31,600 bases of DNA, taken from the NCBI GenBank assembly GCA_964388035.1, contig CAYLZE010000057.1, positions 1-31,600 on the forward strand, in the 5' to 3' direction. Position numbers and translations under genes: made by a program. Under the pieces are notes generated by a model. That model was not told where the DNA came from and made no database searches. It was given only the letters and a program-made list of their open reading frames with translations. This document shows, piece after piece, positions 19,442 through 28,784 of the stretch. Numbering within the stretch: position 1 is the first letter of the stretch; each line of letters begins with the position of its first letter. This DNA is from an uncultured archaeon (GTDB lineage Archaea; Asgardarchaeota; Lokiarchaeia; Sigyniarchaeales; SOKP01).

Positions 19442-21424
19442 TTAACCTCCTTCTATTAATCCGTCTAATTCGGCAAATAATTGATGATCCCGATAATATC
19501 GGATGTCAATTGCTTGCGTGGGACAGCATGTGGAACATATACCGCATCCAGTGCAATTCACTTCATCTACAGATGCTATCTCATTCTCATTTACTCGAAT
19601 CGCCCCTTGGGGACATTCTCGTTGACATCGCCGACAACCAATGCATAAATCAGGATCCACTTCTGCAATAATCATCTCTAAATCCACCTTGCCAGGGGCG
19701 GTTAATTCCGCTACTTTACTGGCAGCCGCACGAGCTTGAGAGACAGAATATGCTATATCCTTGGGACCTTGTGCAAATCCTGCTATGAAAATACCCTTCG
19801 TTTTAGTTTCTTGTGGCATGAGACCGAAATGGGATTCCGTTAAAAATCCATATTGATCCTTATCAAGATTTAATACTTTGGCGATTTGTTCCGTTCCCTT
19901 CGAAGGTAATGCAGCAGAGGATAATACCACGAGATCCGCATCAATATTGATTATTTCATCGGTTAAAGACGAATATACTCGAACCTTGATGTTTTTTGTT
20001 TTAGGATCTTCTTTCAATTCTCCCACTTTGCCCCGTATCATGCGAATATCGGAATCCTTGGCTCTTTGATAATATTCTTCAAAACCTTTTTCACTCGTTC
20101 GAATATCGATGTAGCAAATAGTGATTTTAGCATTAGGAAATTCCTCTTTCAAAAGTTTTGCATTTTTCAACGCAAGCATGCAGCACACGCCACTACAATA
20201 GGTTCTTTCAGTTTCCCTGGATCCCACGCATTGAATGAATACAATTTCTTCCGGTTTCTTATTATCGGATATGCGGTGGATATGGCCTTCCAACGGCCCA
20301 TTAGGAGCAAGGATCCGCTCTAATTGGGATTGTGTAATAACATTTTCAAACTCACCATATCCATACTCACCGTAGGGTTCATAAATGTCCCAACCCGTTG
20401 CAACTATGATGGATCCAACTTTAAATGTAACTTCCTCCGGTTTTTGGCTGAAATCTATGGCATGTAACTCGCAAGCATCCACGCATGAAAAGCATTCCAC
20501 GCACGAAGTTCTTTGGATATCATATAAGAAGGGGACGGCTTGACCAAAGGCAATGTCTATAGCTTTTCGAGCACCTAAATTTTCATCGAAGAAATTGGAG
20601 GTATACACGGGACACACTTCTGAGCAAGCACCACATCCATTACATAGATCAGTATTGATGTATCTTGGTTTCTTTTCCACGGTGACTTCATAATTGCCCA
20701 CGTATCCTTCCACTTTTTTCACTTCACTATAGCTAAACAGTTGAATATTCTCATTCCGATTGACGTCTAACATTTTGGGCCCACAGATTCAAATTGCACA
20801 ATCATCCGTGGGAAAGGTCCGATCTAATTGCGCCATTCTGCCTCCGATGGTAGTTCTGCTTTCCACCAAGTAAACTTTAATTCCTTCATTCGCAAGATCC
20901 AAGGCAGCATTCATCCCGGCAATGCCTCCACCGACGACTAAAGTTGCTTTTTCCACGGGAAAGGTCTTGACGGGTACCACGTCCAATAATCGCGCTCTTT
21001 CTATTCCCCCTTTTAATAGAATTTTAGCTTTTTCGGTAGCTTCTTCTTTTTCTTGGGTGACCCAACTGCAGTGCTCTCGCACATTTATCATCTGAAAATA
21101 GTAGGGATTTAATCCTGCTTTTGCAATCGAGCCGCGATAGATGGGTTCGTGGGTTCTTGGGGTTCAAGCAGACGCAATAATGCGATCTAAATTTTTCTCC
21201 TTGATATTTTGCATGATCTCATTCTGCCCCGATTCAGTACAAAGGAACGAATGTGTTTTAGCAACGACAATATCATCAAAAGTTTTCGCATATTCAACGA
21301 GTTTATCACAGTCGACTTTAGATTTAATGTTAATTCCTCACTGACAAGCAAAAAAGCCCATTCGCAGTTTTTCTTCGCTTCTTTTTCCTTGACTGGGTTT
21401 ATCTTCCATCTTTTTTTTCTCCAT
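19442..21424 (-). CDS. hdrA: Selenoprotein heterodisulfide reductase subunit A (660 aa, three Sec)
   Basis: One continuous frame from ATG 21424 (or 21409) to TAA 19442 with TGA at 21338-21340 (FACQ-U-GINI), 21164-21166 (IASA-U-TPRTHE) and 20789-20791 (FPTDDCAI-U-ICGPKM). It joins ORF-track pieces 20789..21091 and 19442..20773 into a canonical-length HdrA. Confidence 0.93.
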
Positions 21425-21840
21425 TCACCTCTAATTTACTAATATAACCTAATATAATTTTTTAATAAGTTTTTCAGATCTTTTAACTATAATCTGATTC
21501 TAGTTTAAATCAAATTTCGAAAAGTTTTATTCTTTTTCATTTAGAATGATAATTATTATATAAATTTTAATGATAATTCTATTTATACTTAACTAACTAT
21601 CTTAATAAGTCAAATCCGAAAATACAATTAACAATTTTAGTAATTTTATTACATCTCGATAATTTTAGATAAAAAAGTGGGCGAAAGAAATTAAAATTAG
21701 TATTCCACTATCAATAAAATAGATTTTTTATGAGATTTATATTCTAATTCACCGTAAAATGATGGTTTTTAATATTTTCAGAGAAATTTTTTTATTTAAA
21801 ATCGAGGTTTCCAACCTTAATTTTATCTTTAAAAAGAATA

Positions 21841-22563
21841 TCATTTGGTCCAATTGTCTTCATGGAAAACGATTATAGATAATGGGATAATCCAAATCAA
21901 AATTGAAAAGAGCAACATCCATTCAAAATATGGTGCCAAGAAGGAGCCCATTTGGTTGATAATTAAAAATAAGATCAGCGCGCTACTGGGACCAAATACG
22001 CCATATACGCCTAATGGCTTCGGGATTCCAGTATCGTAGAAGAGAATGAGGAATCCCATTAACATGGCAGCGAGTGTAAACCCTCCAAAAGCTAAAGCGG
22101 AAGTATAGGAGTGCAGGTTGAAATAATTCCTATCTTCAGAGAAGATCCCCACCCCGATGTACCCCACATTTCCAATTAAACTAGACAGTAAAGTATAGGT
22201 ACTAAGAGCTAACCTTAGTTTGGATATTTTTTTCGCCCTTACTTTTGTTTTGGGTAATGGTGCTAAATATTGTTCCATGTAGAAGGAAAAAGGCACGGTT
22301 AACATGCCTGCAAAAATGCAAGCAATATCATATAAATATGGTACAGGAGTAAAAGCAGATCCTCCCAAATCACTTATCCAGTTAAGAGTTAGAGAATATC
22401 CTTGAGGACCAAAGATAGCGGCGATAATAACGCTTAGAATTAATAAAGGAATGTAAATTGATATGCCTAAAATCATGCAGGTTCTCGCGACCTTAAATTT
22501 AGGTATCTGATTTAATATGCTTTTAACACTATTAAATTTCTTCTTTGAGTCTTTAATCATCAT
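21841..22563 (-). CDS. DUF998 family membrane protein
   Basis: GYSLTLNWISDLG motif, VGIFSED, conserved His (LHSY) and ~6 TM segments. Confidence 0.75.
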   Translation of the reverse strand: MMIKDSKKKFNSVKSILNQIPKFKVARTCMILGISIYIPLLILSVIIAAIFGPQGYSLTLNWISDLGGSAFTPVPYLYDIACIFAGMLTVPFSFYMEQYLAPLPKTKVRAKKISKLRLALSTYTLLSSLIGNVGYIGVGIFSEDRNYFNLHSYTSALAFGGFTLAAMLMGFLILFYDTGIPKPLGVYGVFGPSSALILFLIINQMGSFLAPYFEWMLLFSILIWIIPLSIIVFHEDNWTK

Positions 22564-22628
22564 AGTCCAAATTATATTCTAAATTATATTAAGAAAAATA
22601 AAAGAATAAAAAGTAAAAAAATTATATT

Positions 22629-24041
22629 TTAAGAACTAGTGGTTTCAATTTCTGGTGAGACGGAATCAGTGGCCATCAATAACTTTTGTTTCTTATTGAT
22701 GCTATTTCTTAAAATCAAACCTATGATTAAGGGAACCAAGATGCTCACTGAAATTGATATTATGAGGCTTTGAGGTGTTACTTTTGTCACTCCGTATAGA
22801 AAGAGCCATAAGAAAATGGAGGCTCCTATGAACAAACCAGACCTCATTAGTCGACCGAGAGGAACAACACTTTTCCAATCCACATCGATTAAATGTCCTT
22901 GTACTAGTATAGCTGCTAATTGTCTGACCGTTTTTTTGGTTAATTTTTGTTTATCTACCTTGAGTTTCTTCCTTGCTTTCTTTAATTTCATTTTCTTTAC
23001 CAAAATTAAATCTGCCAACTTAACTAGAAAAGGCCACATTCGTTCTACCCAAACATCTTGTGCTTCTGCCAAGCTTATAGCGCAATTAGATCTAGGGCAT
23101 ACTTCTTTTTTCTTATTCCATTTAGCACCACATTTTGGACATTTTTTCTGATCCCACAAGTCTCTTAATAGTCCTTTCAGGAAAGCTTCTTTCTCAGAGA
23201 CTTCTTTTGAACTGAGTGTTATAGTTTCCATGTCTCCTTTTTTCTCTCCACCATCCAATGCGGTCGTCGGGGGTTTAATATTGCTCATGAAACTTGATAA
23301 CAACCCACTTGGTCGCACCTTTGCCCTGAGCGGAATGCCTTTTTTCACTGCTTTGGCGACTTCTTTAGTAGTTTTGATTCCCTTCCAGAGATTTTTTAGA
23401 TCATCAAAAAATTTTCCGGAAAGGTAAGAAAAACTAGATATAACAGTAGAAGCCGTTCCTACAGTTGCAACTGCTGCACCTGCAGATAAAGCCATTGTAC
23501 CCGCCCCTGAGGCAGTGGTGATTGTATCAACGAATCCCTCGCTCGGGATGACAATGTTAGTTTCTTCCACGAATTGTTTTGGAGTTGATTGTCCATCGAG
23601 CGTATAACTTAAATCTACTTCTAATTCGTGTGTTCCCCTAATTTGATTAATAATAGTTTTAATTTCATCGGGTAGTACATAAGAATCATGAATATTAACA
23701 GACATGCCTGCGGGAAAATGAACACCACTTAATTCATTAATTCGGACAGGTTGATGAATATCAAAGCCAGCTTCTTTAATTACAAACTCCAAATAATTGA
23801 TAGTTAATCCTTTTAATGCGTGAACATCCCCCTCAAAATCTATTGTATAATCATTACCAATTGGAAAAGCACCTTGCCCGCTTACCGCATCATCTAAAGA
23901 GACGCCATTAACTGTCATGTCTAAAATAATATCATCATTGATATTATATGCTCTTCCTTTCGCAATACTACTGAAGAAAAATAAGGTTAGAAGTCCAATG
24001 AAGGCAATGAGAAAGAGTCTTTTACTCGATAATCTCTTCAT
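22629..24041 (-). CDS. Hypothetical membrane protein: signal peptide, extracellular domain, TM, Zn-ribbon, two C-terminal TMs
   Basis: N-terminal MKRLSSKR plus hydrophobic stretch, Ala/Thr-rich hydrophobic segment, CPKC-x9-CPRSNC and a hydrophobic C-terminal hairpin. Confidence 0.75.
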   Translation of the reverse strand: MKRLSSKRLFLIAFIGLLTLFFFSSIAKGRAYNINDDIILDMTVNGVSLDDAVSGQGAFPIGNDYTIDFEGDVHALKGLTINYLEFVIKEAGFDIHQPVRINELSGVHFPAGMSVNIHDSYVLPDEIKTIINQIRGTHELEVDLSYTLDGQSTPKQFVEETNIVIPSEGFVDTITTASGAGTMALSAGAAVATVGTASTVISSFSYLSGKFFDDLKNLWKGIKTTKEVAKAVKKGIPLRAKVRPSGLLSSFMSNIKPPTTALDGGEKKGDMETITLSSKEVSEKEAFLKGLLRDLWDQKKCPKCGAKWNKKKEVCPRSNCAISLAEAQDVWVERMWPFLVKLADLILVKKMKLKKARKKLKVDKQKLTKKTVRQLAAILVQGHLIDVDWKSVVPLGRLMRSGLFIGASIFLWLFLYGVTKVTPQSLIISISVSILVPLIIGLILRNSINKKQKLLMATDSVSPEIETTSS

Positions 24042-24421
24042 TGTTTTTTTCGTTTTAATATTTTTATATAAATTTTGTTTAATGTAGATCTAATATATTA
24101 AGATAATAAAGTTTTTTACATTTTTTGAAATTAAACAAATAAAAAAGGAATAAGAGTATACACTATAACGTTAAATTATAGAAATTTACGTCTTAATTTA
24201 ATTTACAGAACTGTGAATTATTGCCTCATTTATTACCTTAGCGATTTAATGGTAAGTAAAAGCTACTTTTAGAATTCAATACTTAATAAATAATTTAAAG
24301 GAATTGATAATAAGGAAGCCATTTTTTTTTTTAATTGTAAACCTTTTTATAATTCATAGATTAATTTGATAATAATTAATTGAAGATAAAGTATAGTTTG
24401 GAAAAATTCTAGGAAGGGATA

Positions 24422-26035
24422 ATGGTGCAACAAAAAATCAGTTCCGAAGAGATTTATGAAAAAAGAGAAGAGATAGGAATAGAAAATTCCATGAATTTAC
24501 TCATGGAGATCATAAATGAAGAAATTGAAATCGAGAATCGTAAAAAAGCAATCCGCTATTTAGGATTAACATGCCATGCTACGTCTATCTTGAAGAAAGA
24601 GTGTTTTGAAGTTCTTGAAAACTTATTAATCTCTGAAGATAATATTGAAATCAAAAGCGAAGCTGCGATTGCTTTAGGAAAAACAGGATATGAGGAAGCT
24701 TTAAATCCATTGAAATGGGTTTTAGATAATGATAATGAGGCGATGGACAATGAGGTTATTTTATCTTCTCTTAGAGGTATAGCAGATATTCGTTTTGAAG
24801 GAGAAGAAATAGATATATTTGTTGATTTTTTGAACCATGAGTACAAACCAATAAAGGATTATGTATGGAATGAACTTGTTACCCTTTCACCTGTGGATTT
24901 AATTGATCATTTAATAAACTCGTTGCAAAATAGCAATTTCTCTGAAAGCTTAAAAACTGAGATCATTAATCTTATAGGGTATGAATTATCCAGCATTAAT
25001 GTCTCTTTTGAAGATGTCAGCTATTTAAAAATAAAATATCCCGAAATCATAAATAAATTAAAGAAAAATAAAAGCTTCCTTTTAGAAACCATTGTACCCA
25101 ATATAAAAGGAAATTCCACGAAACTTATGAATAATGCAATTACTATCTTGAAACTTTTAGGTGCGGAGATAACAGGCGATTTAATAGATTTTTTGTCATA
25201 TGATGATTTCATAATTAAGAAGAATGCCATCCAATTAATTGGAGAATTAGAAATCAAGGAAGGTGTTGAACCTTTATTGAATCATTTGGATGACATGTAT
25301 GACGAAGTGAGTTTAGCGACAATCGAAGCTTTAGGAAACATCGGAGAAACAGCTGCCGTTCCCAAGCTATTAAAAGTACTGGATATAGAAGATGTTAATT
25401 ATGAATATATTGATTTGGATTTCAAATTTTTTATTTTAGATGCCATCAAAAAGATATATCTTAAAAATGAAAATCCTAGCTACGATGTATTATATTCCAT
25501 TTTGGAACGAGACAATGACATATTAAAAGAAAGCGGGGCTTATTTATTAGGAGAGATCGGGCGAGATGAATTCGTGACTCCTCTCTTAACCCTGTTAAAT
25601 GAGAGGCATTTTGACGTGAAAAAAAATGTAATCATTGCTTTAGGAAAGATTTCTAATAAGGTTGCTCTTGACCCGTTATTTTCAATTTTAAATGATAAAT
25701 TTTCTTATTGGCTCCTTAAAAAAGTCACGGTAGATGCGATTTTCAACATTTTTCTCAAACATTTTTATGCTAGTGATATAAAAGATGATTCTACTCAAAG
25801 AGAATTTGTCATGTGGACCGAAAGAATGATCGATGCTCTTAAATTCGAGGATGATGAAAATTTTAAAGTAAAATTAGCCATTATAAAATTCTTAGAAGTT
25901 TTTGGGGGGAAAAGTGCATTAAATGCCTTATTAAAGCAAATTGATAATTTTTATCGCGTTGTAGGGATTGCGTCTACGCGAGCAATTAAAAAAATTGAAA
26001 AAAGGCTCGAATTAGAAGAAGAAAGTCCTCAATAA
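24422..26035 (+). CDS. HEAT-repeat (PBS lyase HEAT-like) protein
   Basis: Repeated motifs such as AAIALGKTG, AIQLIGEL, TIEALGNIG, GAYLLGEIG and VIIALGKIS. Confidence 0.88.
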   Translation: MVQQKISSEEIYEKREEIGIENSMNLLMEIINEEIEIENRKKAIRYLGLTCHATSILKKECFEVLENLLISEDNIEIKSEAAIALGKTGYEEALNPLKWVLDNDNEAMDNEVILSSLRGIADIRFEGEEIDIFVDFLNHEYKPIKDYVWNELVTLSPVDLIDHLINSLQNSNFSESLKTEIINLIGYELSSINVSFEDVSYLKIKYPEIINKLKKNKSFLLETIVPNIKGNSTKLMNNAITILKLLGAEITGDLIDFLSYDDFIIKKNAIQLIGELEIKEGVEPLLNHLDDMYDEVSLATIEALGNIGETAAVPKLLKVLDIEDVNYEYIDLDFKFFILDAIKKIYLKNENPSYDVLYSILERDNDILKESGAYLLGEIGRDEFVTPLLTLLNERHFDVKKNVIIALGKISNKVALDPLFSILNDKFSYWLLKKVTVDAIFNIFLKHFYASDIKDDSTQREFVMWTERMIDALKFEDDENFKVKLAIIKFLEVFGGKSALNALLKQIDNFYRVVGIASTRAIKKIEKRLELEEESPQ

Positions 26036-26178
26036 TTCAATATTTTTTAGTATTTCTTAAATTTCTCTTCATTTTGCCTAAATAAAACGAATAGTTAATG
26101 GAATACTATGTTTGTTAACTCTTTTATAATGTGTCTTAACAATCAAGAAATTTAAATTAAAAAAAAATTGTTAGAGAA

Positions 26179-26901
26179 TTACTTTCCAGATACCTTATAA
26201 TTTATTAAAATTAGCAAGAAAAAAACTCCTGCTGGCGGTAAGAATAAAAGGGTAAAAATTCCCGTAATAATTTGTATTTGATAAAATAATTCAAGCATTA
26301 TTACTCCGACATTCACGATAAAAGCACCCGTAAGAGACATGATATAACTTGGTTTCTCAAATAACTTCCATGTGGTGAATGCATATATTAAAAATCCTCC
26401 AGCAATGATGATCCAAGCCCATATCGGCACTTGAGCAGAAGTAAAAAAACCGGGAATTCTAATAGCCGCTTCTATCATGAGTACAAAAAAAGATGCCGAA
26501 ACTACCATCAGAGCATAATTCATTGCCTTTTTGGTTTCTAACTCATCATTCCCGTAGTAATACGCAATAATCATCAACGCAAAGAATGTACATGAAGGCC
26601 AAATAATATAATTACTTATCCATTCCCCCCACACCGGAAATTTGAAAGCAAAATATGCTAAAATAAAATATTCTCCAACGATAATAACGATTGTTCCAAT
26701 AAACTCAAGATAATGCCCCGAAACCAGAAATAATCCCAATAAATAAACAACCAATCCCGCCGCAAAAAGATATAATCCATATATCCAAGCGTTTTCTTTC
26801 GTAACAGGAAAAACAACAACAATATTTATCAAAATTATAACAAAAATGACTATATTGATTATTCCCGAGATGATCAATACTTTTTTCTTATCTATATCCA
26901 T
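26179..26901 (-). CDS. Hypothetical polytopic membrane protein
   Basis: 240 aa, almost entirely hydrophobic (~8 TM). No family recognised. Confidence 0.7.
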   Translation of the reverse strand: MDIDKKKVLIISGIINIVIFVIILINIVVVFPVTKENAWIYGLYLFAAGLVVYLLGLFLVSGHYLEFIGTIVIIVGEYFILAYFAFKFPVWGEWISNYIIWPSCTFFALMIIAYYYGNDELETKKAMNYALMVVSASFFVLMIEAAIRIPGFFTSAQVPIWAWIIIAGGFLIYAFTTWKLFEKPSYIMSLTGAFIVNVGVIMLELFYQIQIITGIFTLLFLPPAGVFFLLILINYKVSGK

Positions 26902-27257
26902 CTTATATTACCCGTTTTTAACATTTTTTGAATTTTATCTACATTTATATTTTTTTGAATTGCTATATTATATTATTAGGTTATTGAATTTATATTAGCT
27001 GTATTGAAATTTTTAAGTCAACATTTCTTATCCGGAATTAAATTTCATCCTGTAATTGTAGAACTATAAGGTGTTGTTCTAATATTTTTTATCAAAAATT
27101 TAGTCATTCTGAATAATTTTACTAAAAACTTATAAATCATGAATTTTGATATGAATTACTTTTCTTAAATATTTAATAACCTTTTTTTTTCTTCCTTGAT
27201 TATTTTAAATAGACTTTCTAAACTATAAATCAAGTATTATCCACTTTAAGTGAAAAC

Positions 27258-28739
27258 ATGACCGAAGGTAAAGTTGATAGCGAGCAAGCTGATTCAAAAT
27301 ATAAGTATTCTTTCGAGTTTATACAAAAGAAACTAGAAGGGAAAAAGGATAGCTTCGGCAAATTGATGAAAGAAATAATTCGAACGGGAATTTGCACGGA
27401 ATGTGGCACGTGTGCCGCAGTTTGCCCCGTCCTTGAATGGGACCCCATTACTGCTCAGCCTAAATTAGTGGGAAAATGTACGGGATGTGGAATCTGTTAT
27501 AATCAATGTCCCCGAACCATAACGGACCCAATCCAATTGATAGGGGAATTTAAGTCTGGTTTTGTGGCAAATACGAATATTCCCGAGGTAATTGGAGGAC
27601 AAGATGGAGGAACGGTTACCAGCTTATTAAGTTATTTATTTGACGAACATCTAATCGATGCGGCCATAGTAACGATGAAAGACCCTAAAAAGCCTTGGTA
27701 TCCCGTAGCTCAGATCATTACAACGAAGGAAGATGCCATAAAAGCTTCGGGCTCCATTTACACCCATAGCCAAACCGTAGATGCCTTAATGGAGGCCGTG
27801 CGAAGGGATTATCGGTCCATCGCATTTGTTGGAACGCCTTGTAACATAGATGCCGTGGATAAAATGATGAATTCTCCCTCCGGAATGCTACGATTTTTCA
27901 TGAGGGCGCATGTATTAAAGATTGGTCTATTCTGCATGGACTCTTTCAGTCCCGAAACCCTTTATCCGATGTTTGAAAAAGACGGCATTGATTTGTCCAA
28001 AATTGTAAAAATGGATATAAATAAGGGAAAACTTCATCTTTATGAGAGCATAGAAGGTGAACCCGTGAAATCCTATGCCATTAATTCCCTGCACAAATAT
28101 AAAAGCTCGTCGTGTAATTTCTGTACCGATTTGACAGCAGAACACGCGGATATCTCGGTAGGTTCTGTCGGTAGCGGGAATAAAAGGAATACGGTATTTG
28201 CAAGAACGGGAATAGGGGTAGAAATCATGGAAGATGCTGCCCAAAAAGGATATCTCACCATTGAACCTTACACTGCTATTAATCTGAATTCCGTGTTATT
28301 TTTAGGTAAGCTTAAAAAAGTATCTCAATACAACGTCCAAAAAAGGAAGGTATTTATCGTCAGAGATGTGGAAGAGGATGGCAATTTAAAAGTAGTATCA
28401 AAACCCGTTTCCGATCAAGCTCAATCGGTAATTGGCACCCGACGCGCTTTGTCCGTAAAAAAAGAGGTTAATAAAAATTCCAAGACCTTGGATTTTGTCA
28501 TTACCAATACTGCCGGGTTCACGTTAGAGAAAGTACAATTGAGAATTGCCATGGTAGAAGATGTGTTTGAAACTAATCCTTGGATAACTACCATTAAAGA
28601 GATGTTTCCTTATGAAGAAGTTGAAATCAGTTATCCCATCGAAGCTTTAGAGGGTAATGTATTAGTTGAAGCTGTCTCGGACGATTATGGAAAGATTTTT
28701 TCCAAAACCCTTAATTTTGCTCCCGCTAAGAAAGAATAA
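27258..28739 (+). CDS. FrhB/FdhB family F420-binding subunit with C-terminal extension
   Basis: CTECGTCAAVCP, CTGCGICYNQCP, QDGGTVT, VGTPC, IGLFCMDSF, CNFCTD and SVGSVGS, followed by ~130 extra C-terminal residues. Confidence 0.9.
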   Translation: MTEGKVDSEQADSKYKYSFEFIQKKLEGKKDSFGKLMKEIIRTGICTECGTCAAVCPVLEWDPITAQPKLVGKCTGCGICYNQCPRTITDPIQLIGEFKSGFVANTNIPEVIGGQDGGTVTSLLSYLFDEHLIDAAIVTMKDPKKPWYPVAQIITTKEDAIKASGSIYTHSQTVDALMEAVRRDYRSIAFVGTPCNIDAVDKMMNSPSGMLRFFMRAHVLKIGLFCMDSFSPETLYPMFEKDGIDLSKIVKMDINKGKLHLYESIEGEPVKSYAINSLHKYKSSSCNFCTDLTAEHADISVGSVGSGNKRNTVFARTGIGVEIMEDAAQKGYLTIEPYTAINLNSVLFLGKLKKVSQYNVQKRKVFIVRDVEEDGNLKVVSKPVSDQAQSVIGTRRALSVKKEVNKNSKTLDFVITNTAGFTLEKVQLRIAMVEDVFETNPWITTIKEMFPYEEVEISYPIEALEGNVLVEAVSDDYGKIFSKTLNFAPAKKE

Positions 28740-28784
28740 TTTATTTCTTTTTAATTCCTTTTCTATATTTTAAATCTGTACGTG

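Noticed and set aside
20789-21091. ORF-track entries 20789..21091 and 19442..20773 as independent genes
   Set aside because: They are consecutive in-frame segments of the Sec-HdrA.
18994-21424. Pseudogene or split-gene reading of hdrA and mvhD
   Set aside because: All five interruptions are TGA, in frame and at conserved Cys positions. There are no TAA/TAG interruptions or frameshifts, and the SD sites are intact.
21557-21564. TATA box (TTTATATA on the minus strand) for the hdr cluster
   Set aside because: Plausible, but the spacer is so AT-rich that such matches are expected by chance.
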